In this document: piece after piece, positions 29,019-39,898 of the stretch
How positions within the stretch are numbered: position 1 is the first letter of the stretch
Layout: each line of letters opens with the position of its first letter
Assembly: GCA_963827275.1 (NCBI GenBank)
Contig: CAWHAA010000007.1
Location: forward strand, 96,001-160,000
Reading direction: 5' to 3'
Length of the DNA stretch: 64,000 bases
DNA from: an uncultured Spirochaetota bacterium
Lineage (GTDB): Bacteria > Spirochaetota > UBA4802 > UBA5550
Notes under the pieces: generated by a model
Told to the model about the DNA's origin: nothing
The model's database searches: none
What the model saw: the letters and a program-made list of their open reading frames with translations, nothing else
Position numbers and translations under genes: made by a program

Positions 29019-29795
29019 TCACTTGTCTATCGCAACCGGGTCGCGTTTTCCGAGGAACGCGGCGACCCCCTCGCGCTTGTTTTCGGTTTCACACAGGGAG
29101 CCGAATGCGTCGCGCTCCATCGTGAGCGCCTCGTTGAATTCCATCAGCAGGCCCTTCCTGATGACCTCCATTGCCGCCTTGATCGCCGGCCTCCCGCGCA
29201 GCGCGATGGCTTTGGCGAGCTTTATTGCCTCATTGACCGCTTCACCTTTGGGGACGCAGCGGTTGACGACGCCGTACTCCGCGGCCTGGCGCCCGCTTAT
29301 GAAGTTGCCCGAGAGTATGAGCTCGTAGGCCCTCCCGGTGCCGAAAATCCGCGGCGAACGCTGTGTCCCGCCGAACCCGGGGATGATGCCGAGCTTGATC
29401 TCGGGCAGTCCCATCTGGGCGGTTTCATCCGCAAGGCGGATATGGCACGCGAGCGCGACCTCGCACCCGCCGCCGAGCGCGTAGCCGTTGATCGCGGCGA
29501 TGAAGGGCTTGTCGGCGTTGGCGATCATGTTCAACGCGTCCTGTCCGGGCTTCAGCCAGTCGCTCCCCGACTTCCGCGTGTTCAGGCCGGTGAATTCGGT
29601 GATATCGGCCCCGGCGATAAAGGCCTTGCCTTCTCCGGTGAAGACCACGACCCGCACCGCATCGTCGGCGAGGGCCTTTTCAACCGCCTGCCGTATGTCG
29701 GCGATAACGGATGTCCCCAGGGCGTTCATGGGGGGATTGTTTATCTTCATAAGCGCGACGCCATGTTCATCCACGGTATAACTGCATGTTGACAT
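29019..29795 (-). CDS. enoyl-CoA hydratase/isomerase
   Basis: FIAGADI, GYALGGGCE, GLPEIKLGIIPGFGGTQR. Confidence 0.95.
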   Translation of the reverse strand: MSTCSYTVDEHGVALMKINNPPMNALGTSVIADIRQAVEKALADDAVRVVVFTGEGKAFIAGADITEFTGLNTRKSGSDWLKPGQDALNMIANADKPFIAAINGYALGGGCEVALACHIRLADETAQMGLPEIKLGIIPGFGGTQRSPRIFGTGRAYELILSGNFISGRQAAEYGVVNRCVPKGEAVNEAIKLAKAIALRGRPAIKAAMEVIRKGLLMEFNEALTMERDAFGSLCETENKREGVAAFLGKRDPVAIDK

Positions 29796-29910
29796 GATTT
29801 GCTCCTTCAATGTGAGGTTTCAGGAAATATTGAATAAAAAAAGAGTCGGGAGGGGCCGCATTTTTGTAAACAACTTTTTCCGATCAACGGCAGCCGCGTA
29901 GTAGGACCCG

Positions 29911-30252
29911 TCAACCCCTGAAGATGAAATAGACCGCGCCCACGAGGCACAGGGCCGCCCAGAGGTAATTGAGCCGCATCGGTTCCTTCATGTAGATGAG
30001 GGCAAAGGGCACGAACACTGACAGGGTGATGACTTCCTGGAGGATCTTGAGCTGCGGAAGGGAGAGGGCCGTGTAGCCGATCCGGTTGGCAGGGACCTGC
30101 ACCATGTATTCAAAAAAGGCGATGCCCCAGCTCGCGACCGCGGCGATGTACCAGGCGAAGTTGCCCATGTTTTTCAGATGGGAATACCATGCGATCGTCA
30201 TGAATACGTTGGATATTATAAGGAGGATCACGGTTTTTGTAATGATCTGCAT
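29911..30252 (-). CDS. DMT-superfamily small membrane protein (DUF486-like)
   Basis: SNVFMTIAWYSHLK, FFEYMVQVPANRIG, QLKILQEVITL. Confidence 0.88.
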   Translation of the reverse strand: MQIITKTVILLIISNVFMTIAWYSHLKNMGNFAWYIAAVASWGIAFFEYMVQVPANRIGYTALSLPQLKILQEVITLSVFVPFALIYMKEPMRLNYLWAALCLVGAVYFIFRG

Positions 30253-30436
30253 TTCAGCCCCCGGAAACAATCGTAACAGGTACAGAGATTTATCAGGTCT
30301 GAAAAATTCAAGAATTTTTTATATTTTTACGTTGCCGCGGCGCGGTTTCGGGCCTGGACCAGAATTAATGGTTGCATTTAAACATAACAATGTTATGTTT
30401 GACCGGTAATTGCAGACGGTACGGGAGGAGTGTCAT

Positions 30437-31519
30437 ATGACGGAAGATATATATCAAAAACTGAGCAAAATGCTCGATTCAATACCGAACGGCTACCCTC
30501 CCACGGATGACGGCCTTGAGATCAGAATTTTAAAAAAGATCTTCACGCCTGAAGAGGCCGAAGTCGCGACAAAGCTGAAGATGAAATATGAAACCCCTGA
30601 AGCGATAGCGCTGAGGACCGGCATGGATGCCGCGTACCTGAAAGAGATGCTTCATAAAATGGGAGACCAGGGGCAGATCTTCGGCGTAAAGATCGGCCCG
30701 GTGAGGATCTACAAGCTTGCCCCGTTCGCTTTTGGAATATACGAGTTCCAGGTGAACCGGCTGGACCGCGAGCTGGCCGAAATGGTCGAGGAATATTTCA
30801 AGCGGGACTTCGGCAGGGAATTCTACGACAAAAAGCCGTCCCTGATGAAGGTAATCCCGATTGAGGAAGAGGTCCCCCACGGCTCACTCATCGAGCCGTA
30901 TGAAAGCGCGGCAAAGCTGATCGAAAGCGCCAAATCATGGGCAGTGGGCGAGTGCGTATGCAAAAAGGAGAGGGGCCTGATGGGGCATTCATGCAGCAGG
31001 CCGACCGAGGTCTGCATGGCCCTGGCGCCGCTGGAGAATTTTTTTGATGATTATTTCTGGGGCAGGCCCATTACAAAGGACGAAGCGTTCAAAATTCTGA
31101 AGATGGCTGAAGACGTTGGCCTGGTGCACATGACATCGAACGTGCAGAACGGGCACATATATCTCTGCAACTGCTGCAGCTGCTGCTGCGGCGTGCTGCG
31201 CGGGGTAAATGAGCTCAAGCATCCGGAAGTCGTGTCGCGCTCCAATTACCGCGCGGTGGTGGACACCGCGCTCTGCACCGCATGCGGGGCGTGCGTCGAC
31301 CGGTGCCAGGTGTTCGCGATAGCTGTGGATGCGGCGGCCGTGGTCAACGACGGCTGCATCGGGTGCGGCCTTTGCGTTTCAGCCTGCCCTGTCGGTGCGC
31401 TGTCACTTACGCGGAGAGAGGATGCCGAGATCGAGGATGTGCCGGTTGACGATGCGGACTGGAACAAAAAGCGGGCACAATCGAGGGGCAGGGACGATTA
31501 CAGGGATCTTCTGAAGTAA
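30437..31519 (+). CDS. 4Fe-4S dicluster ferredoxin-domain protein
   Basis: CxC, CNCCSCCC and two CxxCxxCxxxC motifs; GGAGGAG RBS. Confidence 0.9.
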   Translation: MTEDIYQKLSKMLDSIPNGYPPTDDGLEIRILKKIFTPEEAEVATKLKMKYETPEAIALRTGMDAAYLKEMLHKMGDQGQIFGVKIGPVRIYKLAPFAFGIYEFQVNRLDRELAEMVEEYFKRDFGREFYDKKPSLMKVIPIEEEVPHGSLIEPYESAAKLIESAKSWAVGECVCKKERGLMGHSCSRPTEVCMALAPLENFFDDYFWGRPITKDEAFKILKMAEDVGLVHMTSNVQNGHIYLCNCCSCCCGVLRGVNELKHPEVVSRSNYRAVVDTALCTACGACVDRCQVFAIAVDAAAVVNDGCIGCGLCVSACPVGALSLTRREDAEIEDVPVDDADWNKKRAQSRGRDDYRDLLK

Positions 31520-31655
31520 CCTTCCGGCGGGGACCGCGGAAAAAAATTAGCTGGACTCTTCATGCCCTTTATGATAATGTGAAGCAGGGATCCCGGAGCC
31601 CGCAAGAGCGGCATGCGCGAAGCAGGGGATCGATAGTTATAACAAAGGAACAGCC

Positions 31656-32724
31656 ATGCGGTTAAAGAAGCTCATACGGTCCCTGAAGGAAAAGGGGGCC
31701 CTGCCGTACCTTGTCACCGACCTGGTGAACATACGGTATCTCACCGGCTTTGCCGGCTCCTACGCCTGCCTGGTCGTCAGCGGGGACCGTTCGTATTTCA
31801 TCTCCGACTCACGGTACGAGGAATACGCCCGGATCGATTCTGCCGAAATCGGTCGAATTCGTGCTGCAGAAGACCGATATGATCGATTCCCTGCAAGAGG
31901 TGCTGAAAAAGGCCGGCGCGAAGGAGTTGTTCCTGGAAGAACATTCCACACCCCTGTCGGTCTTCCGCAACATGCAGCGCCTGATAAAGAAGGTACGGCT
32001 TACTCCCGGCGGCGACGAAGTGAACATGGTCCGCATGATCAAGGATGATGACGAGATCGGCATACTCAGGCAGGCGGCAAAGATCACCGATGCCTGCGTG
32101 GAACATCTCAAAAAGATCATCCGGCCGGGGGACGGTGAGTGGGACATTGCCGTTGAGATCGAGCACTTTTACCGCAGGCACGGGTGCCGAAAAAGCTCGT
32201 TTGAATGCATCATCGCCTCGGGGGCAGGGTCATCCATGCCTCACTACGCGACATCGATGGAGAAGAAGGTCCGCCAGGGTGAAGTGGTCCTTATCGATAT
32301 GGGGTGCGAGTACCAGGGCTACAATTCAGACTTGACAAGAACCATGTTCGTCAATAGTGTTGACCCCGCCCTTGAACAGGTGTACCGCGTCGTACAGGAG
32401 GCCCAGGAGGCCGCGGTCCGGGCGGTGCGGCCGGGCATCACGACAGGAAAGCTTGACGCGGTCGCGCGGGACATTATCGCAGGCGCGGGCTACGGTGAGC
32501 GTTTCGGTCATTCGCTGGGGCACGGGATCGGGATGGAAGTCCATGAGCTCCCGGCGATCAAGAAGGGCGACCTGAAGCTGAAACGGAACATGGCGATTAC
32601 CATCGAGCCGGGCGTCTACCTGCCGGGTGTCGGCGGCGTCCGCATTGAGGACATGGTTGTGGTAACGGCGAAAGGGTGCGAAATTCTCACAAAGTCCTCA
32701 AAAGATATCATTGTATTAGGATAA
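31656..32724 (+). CDS. Xaa-Pro aminopeptidase (M24), +1 frameshift near 31833
   Basis: NIRYLTGFAGS creatinase N-domain; SDLTRT, HSLGHGIG, TIEPG, GVRIED. Confidence 0.92.
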
Positions 32725-32730
32725 TGAATT

Positions 32731-33294
32731 ATGATTTCAGTAAACGACCTCAGACGGGGACATGTCATCATCATTGACGGCGACCTCTTTTCCGTCGTAG
32801 AGCAGCAGCACCACAAGCCGGGGAAGGGCGGCGCCATCGTTCGCGTCAAGCTCCGGAACGTCAAGAAGGGCAACATGATGGACCGGACCTATAACGCGGG
32901 AGTTATGGTCGAAGACGTACGACTCGAGAAACGGCCGATGCAGTACCTCTACCGCGAAGGTGATTCGGTAGTGTTTATGGACACCGAGACATTCGACCAG
33001 GAGCACGTTCCCGTTGACGCGATCGGTGATCCGCTTCAATTTCTGAAGGAAGAGGATGTCGTCCAGATCGCCATGTATGAAGGCGAGGTGCTCACCGTGG
33101 AGCCGCCGCAGACGGTGGTCCTCAAGGTCACCTACGCGGAGCCGGGCGCCCGGGGCGACACGGCCACCAACGTGAAGAAGCCCGTCACCGTGGAGACCGG
33201 CGCGGAGGTAAAGGTCCCTCTGTTCGTGAATGAAGGCGACTTTATCAAGATAAACACCGAGACCGGCGAATACCTGGAACGGTCGAAGGGCTGA
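32731..33294 (+). CDS. efp: elongation factor P
   Basis: HKPGKGGA, PGARGDTA, VPLFVNEG. Confidence 0.97.
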   Translation: MISVNDLRRGHVIIIDGDLFSVVEQQHHKPGKGGAIVRVKLRNVKKGNMMDRTYNAGVMVEDVRLEKRPMQYLYREGDSVVFMDTETFDQEHVPVDAIGDPLQFLKEEDVVQIAMYEGEVLTVEPPQTVVLKVTYAEPGARGDTATNVKKPVTVETGAEVKVPLFVNEGDFIKINTETGEYLERSKG

Positions 33295-33296
33295 CC

Positions 33297-33524
33297 ATGG
33301 ACTTTTTCGAGCAGATCGCTGCGTGGACAAGGGAGAACCCCGGTAAGACGTTCGGCGCGATGATCGGCTTCGTCGCCGGCATCCTTGTCTTTACCCTCGG
33401 ACCGCTGAAGACAATCATCGTGGCGGTCCTGGTGCTTGTCGGCTATTTCATCGGAAAATCACGGGATGACAATGTCTCCATCGTCGATCAGATCTCAGGC
33501 TTTTTCAGGCGAAATCGTGATTGA
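33297..33524 (+). CDS. small membrane protein (DUF2273-like)
   Basis: Two TM helices, G..KTI...GYFIG pattern. Confidence 0.7.
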   Translation: MDFFEQIAAWTRENPGKTFGAMIGFVAGILVFTLGPLKTIIVAVLVLVGYFIGKSRDDNVSIVDQISGFFRRNRD

Positions 33525-34766
33525 CGGACGGGGCGCCGTCATCCTATAATCATCCCGTGGACCCCACGCAAAACAATTATCGTATCGTAAAGGATGCGTA
33601 CCGCTTACTGGGAAGGAAAAAATTCCAGGAAGCGATCCTGCTCCTTGAAAATGTCCTCTCCTCCGGGGCTGGTGATGTTTACGTACTGCTCCTTCTCTCC
33701 GTGGCCTATCTTCATACCGACCAGTTCGGCAAGCTCGCGCGGTTCATCACGAAGATGAAGGAAATGGAGCCGGCATACCTTCCGCTCATACACCTGGAAG
33801 CGTTTTTAAAATTGAAATCCGCCGCGTCCCGTGAGGAGGCCCAGCGGCTGTATATTGAGCTCGCCGCCAGGTATCCGGCCGATCCCCATGTCCACCGCGG
33901 CAAGGGCCTGATCAGCGACGCCGGTGATTTCACTACGTTTCAGAAAGAGGCGAGGCTCCAGGATTTTGTCTCGGTCCCGCGGCCGGCCCGCGGGCTGAAA
34001 AAGACAGAGCGGAAAAGCGTGTATTCCGGGGAGCTCGGGCGGCGGGGCATCAGGATCAGTCAGAGGACGCCGGCTCGTATGGAGGCCCAACTATGGCATT
34101 GTGGCCATTGCGGCCATGGCGCTGGTCGCGGCCGCAGGGATCTGGTATGGCGCCGCACATGTTTTCAGCGGGTCGGAACAAGGCATGAGAAAAACGCGCA
34201 CCGATTACGGGAGCGTCGACATGGTGTCGCTGAGCGGCACGGAATATGACCTCGTGAAGAACATCCCCGCGGACAGGGTCGCCGTATATTACCAATCGGT
34301 GCGGGACGTGACCGCGGATTTTGACGGCGCCAGGAAGCTGATCAAGTCCGGAAAATACAATGACGCGCTCTATATCCTGAACGGCCTGTACAACAGCAAC
34401 GTGAACTTCGTGGTGAAGGAAAAGGTCGATTTCCTGATCCGGTTCGTAACGGACATCGATGAACGCGATTTTGATCCCGTGCCGTTCCAGGCGGTCAGGG
34501 ACCGCACCTACCGGTACCGCGGCTATGCGGTGCGCTGGAAGGGGGCGGTCGAACGGGTGAGGGAGCGTGACGACAGCCAGATACTGACCATGCGGATGGC
34601 GGCACCGGATGGCGGAACGGCAGGCGAAGCGGACGTGTACTCCCGCAGGGTGGTACCGGGCGTGGGAAAAGGCGCAACGATCCTGCTCGAAGGGGTGATC
34701 GTCGATTTTCCGGGGAAGGAGCGGCGCCCGTATATCGACGCGAGAAGCATAAAGATCATTGAATGA
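33521..34766 (+). CDS. TPR-like membrane protein with C-terminal OB-like domain, +1 frameshift near 34080
   Basis: Helical-repeat N-terminus; TM helix and YRGYAVRWKG in the adjoining frame. Confidence 0.65.
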
Positions 34767-34807
34767 GCGGGAAACCGCGAGGCGCAGACCGGCAGCCGCG
34801 GACCCTG

Positions 34808-37402
34808 TTATTTTCTCTTGATGACGACCATGGATACGTCGTCGGATAACCGGTACCCGTCAAGGGCCTTCAGTATGGCATCCCTGATTGCGTCGGGACT
34901 GCCGGCGCGGTTCCTGAAAAAGGTCTCCTGGAGCCGGCCAAGCCCGAACATTTCCGTGTCAGGGTCGCGGTGATTTCGCACGCTGTCCTTGCGCCAGGAC
35001 TCGGTGATGCCGTCGGTATACAGCAGCATGATATCGCCGGGCTCAAGCCGGATCTCCATCTCGCCGGCGGGATAATCGATTTTGTCCTTGAGCCCCAGGA
35101 TGATGCCGCAGGTTGGTATCGCCTCGATCATGTCCTTCGCCGCCCGGTACACCAGTATGTCCTGGTGCATCCCCGATGCCGAAAAAACACCGTCCCTCAT
35201 GCATGCCATGGCCGTAATGGTCATGAACTTTTCCTCGTTGAGCTTTTTGATGTTATCGGTGATGACCCCGTTGATCTGGTCGAGAAGCGCAGACGGCCTG
35301 ATGCCAGGCGTTCCCGCGAGAACGGTATGAATTGACGTCTGCACCATCATCATGATGATCCCGGCCGGCACCCCGTGGCCCGAGACGTCCCCGATAACCA
35401 CCCAGTCGAAACCGTCCGCGTTGATGATGTCGTAATAGTCGCCCCCCACCATCTCGGCCGGCATCATGTAGCCGGTGATTTCGTAGCCGGGTATGGCAGG
35501 TTCGAGGGGGATCAGGATCGTCTGCATCTTGCGCGCCAGCTCCATCTCGCTCCAGAGCGCGTCGCGGGCCTTTTTCAGCTCCTCCGTGCGCTCCTGCACC
35601 ATCTTTTCAAGGTTTTCAGCGTAATCGGACATGACGTCCTTCGACATGCGCAGGGTACCGGTCATCTCGTTGAAGCTGTGCGATATCGATCCCAGTTCGT
35701 CATGTACTGTGACGGGAATGACGATGTCGTCATTGCCCGCTCGTACTTCCTTGATCGCCTGCAGGAGCCGTTTTACGGGACGCACGAAGATGCCCAGGAA
35801 AAAAAACTGGAAGGCCCCCAGCATTAAGACCAATATAACCGCCAGGATCAAGATGAATTTCATCGACATGGGATGCTGGTATTCCCGGTATTTCCTGTAA
35901 TCGAAGCCGGCCTCGTATGCTGTCCTGCTCTGTTCGTCATAGAAGACGTAGGAGGTGAAGTGCTGTGATGAGCCCCGGCCTTCCCGGTACAGCCTGGTGC
36001 CCTCCGGGCTCATCGGCGACAACACTTGAAGAACATCCCGCTTGAGCGCGGCGCCGGATGCATGTCCGTCGCCGGCGAGGGCACGCATGGCCTCCTTGAA
36101 CGGGGCCATTTCGGGATGGACATGTTGCAGGTAGTTCTCGAGATGGTTTTTGAATCCATCGTCCGGCATGGCGGATATTTTCTTGGAGTAATATCGCACG
36201 CGCCACTGCAGTGCGCGGATATGAGAAACGATCTGTTTTGAGGCGTTCCTTCCCGGGGGCAGTCTTTTCATGAGGGATTCTATCGTGTCCCGGTATCCCC
36301 TGAAACATAACGTGTTCGTGTCCAGAATGAGATCCAGCTGCTCCCCGGTCCTGCGTGGATCAAGCCTGTTCAGCCGTGCGATCCGTTCATATTGGGCGGT
36401 ATTGAAGAGCCCGTTACGGGCTGACTGCAGATCAACCGGATGTGCCGAGCCGGTGGAATTATTGATTATTGCGGGCATTGATGCGCCGGGTTCAAGCTTT
36501 ATGAGATAAGATATCTCGCTGGTATGGGATCCTGCCTTTATGGCAAGCGGCAGTTGCTGGCGGCGGTAGTCATCGTAGGTCTTGTCGAGATGGCTCAATG
36601 AAATATACGAAAGCCCCTGGAATGCGATCAGAGAGGCCGCAAGTACGATGCTCATGAATTTCGTCATGAGGCTGGTCCGGTCCTGGGTCGTGTTCATGTA
36701 TATTACAAACAGCGCAAAAAAGCCGAGTATGGTCAGCATGTTCTGGGTAATCTGGTATGTGCCACGATCGAGAAATCCCAGCCTGCTCAGAAGGTTCATT
36801 GCTGCGGGTATGGATATCAAAATAAAAACGATCAGGATGATCGAGAGGAGGTATATGCGGCTTTTTGACTTCGAGACGGCGATCTTGTAAAATCCGATAG
36901 CAAGCATGATGACGAGGTAGGTGAGTATCATAATGGCAACCGCGATGCTTGCCCTGTCCGCGTCGAAGTCCCAATAGTGCCCCTCGAAATGATAGACCCT
37001 CTTCGATTCGAACGTTATGAAGATAAAAAAAATCGTAAGGGAGATTGATGCCGTATAGAGGAATACTCCCAGTCTTTTTGCGAAGGCGATGTTTGTTTCT
37101 TCCAGATAATAAAAAACGAATATGATGAAATGGGTTTCTATGAGGGTGACAATGCCGGCCGTTATCCACCGGTGATAGGCGGCAACAGGATGGTAGAGCA
37201 TGGCGGCAATGATATAGCCAAGAAAAAAAACCGAGAGCAAGAGATAGACCAGTCCGAGGTGCAGGGTTGCCCTCGATTTTTCCGGGACCCGGAGTAGAAT
37301 GACGGACAGGGAGAGGGTGAAGGCAAAGGGAACGACGGCGCCTACCGAGAAATAGTTCTGGTATATCGAATCAAATATGTATGATATATAATCTGGCGCC
37401 AT
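34808..37402 (-). CDS. multi-TM HAMP PP2C/SpoIIE-family phosphatase
   Basis: HDELGSISHSFNEM HAMP; GGDYYD, DVSGHG, YTDGITE, DDVS. Confidence 0.92.
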   Translation of the reverse strand: MAPDYISYIFDSIYQNYFSVGAVVPFAFTLSLSVILLRVPEKSRATLHLGLVYLLLSVFFLGYIIAAMLYHPVAAYHRWITAGIVTLIETHFIIFVFYYLEETNIAFAKRLGVFLYTASISLTIFFIFITFESKRVYHFEGHYWDFDADRASIAVAIMILTYLVIMLAIGFYKIAVSKSKSRIYLLSIILIVFILISIPAAMNLLSRLGFLDRGTYQITQNMLTILGFFALFVIYMNTTQDRTSLMTKFMSIVLAASLIAFQGLSYISLSHLDKTYDDYRRQQLPLAIKAGSHTSEISYLIKLEPGASMPAIINNSTGSAHPVDLQSARNGLFNTAQYERIARLNRLDPRRTGEQLDLILDTNTLCFRGYRDTIESLMKRLPPGRNASKQIVSHIRALQWRVRYYSKKISAMPDDGFKNHLENYLQHVHPEMAPFKEAMRALAGDGHASGAALKRDVLQVLSPMSPEGTRLYREGRGSSQHFTSYVFYDEQSRTAYEAGFDYRKYREYQHPMSMKFILILAVILVLMLGAFQFFFLGIFVRPVKRLLQAIKEVRAGNDDIVIPVTVHDELGSISHSFNEMTGTLRMSKDVMSDYAENLEKMVQERTEELKKARDALWSEMELARKMQTILIPLEPAIPGYEITGYMMPAEMVGGDYYDIINADGFDWVVIGDVSGHGVPAGIIMMMVQTSIHTVLAGTPGIRPSALLDQINGVITDNIKKLNEEKFMTITAMACMRDGVFSASGMHQDILVYRAAKDMIEAIPTCGIILGLKDKIDYPAGEMEIRLEPGDIMLLYTDGITESWRKDSVRNHRDPDTEMFGLGRLQETFFRNRAGSPDAIRDAILKALDGYRLSDDVSMVVIKRK

Positions 37403-37652
37403 TCAATACCGCAGCCGGAATAAACGTCAGTCCGGCGACGAAACATAAACGCCGCATAAATATCCGGAGCGCGGCGTTAGATTTATCATAAACGTGTTAC
37501 ACCCGAAAGTCCCAATGAAAGTAGTATTGCATGGCTGTTTTTAGATATCAATCAATATTTTGACCGGCCCGGTGTTTTTTTCTATCATGACTGGCGGTGT
37601 GTTATGGCGCCTCCACTGGTGCTGAATATAATGCCCGGCATGCTGCCGATTA

Positions 37653-39209
37653 TCATTTCACCGGGGAAAACATCTCTTTCAGCTCGCGTTTCAGGATTTT
37701 TCCCGATGGATTTTTCGGAAGCGCGTCCGTAAGGATGATTTTTTTCGGGCATTTGAAAGCGGCCAGATTGGCCTTGCAGTAGTCAATGATTTCTTTTTCG
37801 GTGATACTCGCTCCCTCTTTCGGCACTACCACCGCTACGACGAGCTCGATCCACCGCGGGTCGGGGAGACCGATTACCGCGGCTTCGGTCACGTCGGGGT
37901 GCCGATAGAGCACCTCTTCCACTTCCCTGGAGGCCACGTTCTCGCCGCCCGTCTTGATCATGTCTTTTTTGCGGTCCACGACATAGAGGTAGCCGTCCTC
38001 GTCGAACCTGCCGAGATCGCCGCTGTGGAACCATCCGTACGCGAACGCTTCCTCCGTTTTTTCCCTGTCATTCAGATAGCCGGTCATGACATGTCCGGAA
38101 CGGTGAACAATTTCTCCTATCGAGCCGACAGGGACGAAGTTGCCGTCATCGTCCATGAGGCGCGTCTCGACGTTCGCCGCCGGCCTGCCGGCGGACCCGG
38201 GTTTCGGGATCTGGTCTTCCGGCTTGAGGATGGTCGCGACCGGGCCCATCTCGGTCTGCCCGTAATAATTCCAGAGTCGAAGGCCCGGGAAGGCATCGGT
38301 AAGCTGCTTGATGATCTCCACCGGCATGATGCTCGCGCCGTAGGCGGCCTTCCTGAGGCTCGAAAGATCGAAGGTGGCGAGGCGGGGATGGTTCAGCAGG
38401 CCGATCCATACCGTGGGCGGTGCGAACATATGGGTCACCCGGTATTTCTCGATGCACTGCAGCATCTCGAGCGGATCGGCGCGGTGAAGGATTACATTTT
38501 CCACGCCGGTGTAGAGGAACGGCATGAGAAAGCAGTGCAGCTGGGCGCAGTGGAACAGCGGCAGCGCATGGAGGCCGACATCGGAGCTCTCATACTGGCC
38601 GTCGATGATGCAGCTGAAGTACTGGGACATCAGCGCACGGTGGGAGAGCATGGCCCCCTTGGGCCTGGATTCGGTGCCGCTCGTGTACGGTATCTGCACT
38701 ATCTCCTCGGCGCCAACGGTGATTTCAGGGTCGTCGGCCGGCACCGCGCCCATTTCATAATCGAGATCGAAGAAGCCTGAAGGCAGCCCGCCGCCGGCGA
38801 TGGGAATCAATCCCCACATGGTTATGTTTTTAAAAAGGTCCTTTCTTGATTGAAGCACCGGGAGAAGTGAATCTTCGACAAGAAAAATTTTGGCTCCCGA
38901 ATGGGTGACAACGTAATCGATCTCCTCGGCATTGAGCATGTAGTTGACCGGCACCTGGACCGCGCCGATTTTAGCAAGGCCCAGAAGGCTGATGGGGTAA
39001 TGGTGTGAATTGTATGAATTGATGGCGACCCGGTCGCCCTTCTTGACCCCCAGCCTCGTCATGAGGTTCGCAAAACGGCAGGCCTGTTGCTCGAGTTCTT
39101 TGTAGGTAAGCTCTTTTTGCCGGAAGATGCAGGCTTTTTTCTCCGGGAATTTTGCTGCGGTCCGGCGGGAGATGTCGCCGATTGTGTCACGATGGATCTT
39201 GTTGGACAT
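37653..39209 (-). CDS. acyl-CoA synthetase (AMP-forming)
   Basis: YTSGTESRPKG, YGQTE, GWFHSGD, PKNPSGKILK. Confidence 0.95.
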   Translation of the reverse strand: MSNKIHRDTIGDISRRTAAKFPEKKACIFRQKELTYKELEQQACRFANLMTRLGVKKGDRVAINSYNSHHYPISLLGLAKIGAVQVPVNYMLNAEEIDYVVTHSGAKIFLVEDSLLPVLQSRKDLFKNITMWGLIPIAGGGLPSGFFDLDYEMGAVPADDPEITVGAEEIVQIPYTSGTESRPKGAMLSHRALMSQYFSCIIDGQYESSDVGLHALPLFHCAQLHCFLMPFLYTGVENVILHRADPLEMLQCIEKYRVTHMFAPPTVWIGLLNHPRLATFDLSSLRKAAYGASIMPVEIIKQLTDAFPGLRLWNYYGQTEMGPVATILKPEDQIPKPGSAGRPAANVETRLMDDDGNFVPVGSIGEIVHRSGHVMTGYLNDREKTEEAFAYGWFHSGDLGRFDEDGYLYVVDRKKDMIKTGGENVASREVEEVLYRHPDVTEAAVIGLPDPRWIELVVAVVVPKEGASITEKEIIDYCKANLAAFKCPKKIILTDALPKNPSGKILKRELKEMFSPVK

Positions 39210-39236
39210 TTGAAGCCTCCCGGTTCAGTTTTTACC

Positions 39237-39273
39237 AATTTTGTATACTAGTACACCTCGTGTCTACAAAATT
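39237..39273. promoter_or_regulatory. candidate operator upstream of the acyl-CoA synthetase
   Basis: AATTTTGTATAC-N13-GTCTACAAAATT, 11/12 inverted repeat. Confidence 0.45.
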
Positions 39274-39328
39274 ATCCTACCGATTTTTGTGATTTTGTAA
39301 AATGGGAGTGGGGGTCAGAGCAAAATAA

Positions 39329-39347
39329 TACCGATTGTTATCGGTTA
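39329..39347 (-). repeat. dispersed copy of the 22-bp array motif
   Basis: Minus strand TAACCGATAACAATCGGTA, 18/19 identical to array unit 8. Confidence 0.8.
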
Positions 39348-39378
39348 AAAATCCGTTAATTCCCCTGATAATTCCGTA

Positions 39379-39864
39379 TTATACGTTCAATTGCCAGAGG
39401 AAGAAATTCAATACTATGGCAAAGCTGACCCATAACAAGTAGGGGACCAGCAGATAGCCTGCAATCCGGGAAATGCGGTAGAATGACACGAGTGTAATGA
39501 AAATTCCAAACCATAGAATAATGATTTCGATAAAAGCGGCAAAGGGCATTTTCAAATAAAAAAACAAAAATGACCAGAGGACGTTCATGAACAGCTGGAT
39601 CGCGAAGAATGTCAGTGCTATTTTTACCTCTCTCCGGCTCAATCCTTCTTTCCATATAAATGCAAGGGCGATGCCCATCATTAGAAAGAGCAGCGTCCAT
39701 ACCGGCGCAAAGATCCAGTTCGGGGGATTGAAGGACGGCTTGTTAAGGGCGGCATACCAGGTGGGGATCGATGCCATGGTGAATAACGAACCGATTCCCC
39801 CTGCTGCCTGAGGGATGAGGATGCTCGCTATGAGTATTGTCAGGGTTGATTGTTTTTTCACCAT
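39379..39864 (-). CDS. tspO: TspO/MBR tryptophan-rich sensory protein
   Basis: WYAALNKPSFNPPNWIFAPVW, LLVPYLLWVSFA. Confidence 0.93.
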   Translation of the reverse strand: MVKKQSTLTILIASILIPQAAGGIGSLFTMASIPTWYAALNKPSFNPPNWIFAPVWTLLFLMMGIALAFIWKEGLSRREVKIALTFFAIQLFMNVLWSFLFFYLKMPFAAFIEIIILWFGIFITLVSFYRISRIAGYLLVPYLLWVSFAIVLNFFLWQLNV

Positions 39865-39898
39865 TGATTTCCTCCATGACACGGATGGTCGTATGACA

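Noticed and set aside
28692..29792. 366-aa + strand ORF
   Set aside because: Lies antisense to the clear enoyl-CoA hydratase and RimI-like genes
31520..31655. Possible riboswitch/leader with repeated GAAGCAGGG upstream of the peptidase-efp operon
   Set aside because: Only a 9-nt duplication; I cannot match it to any known RNA motif
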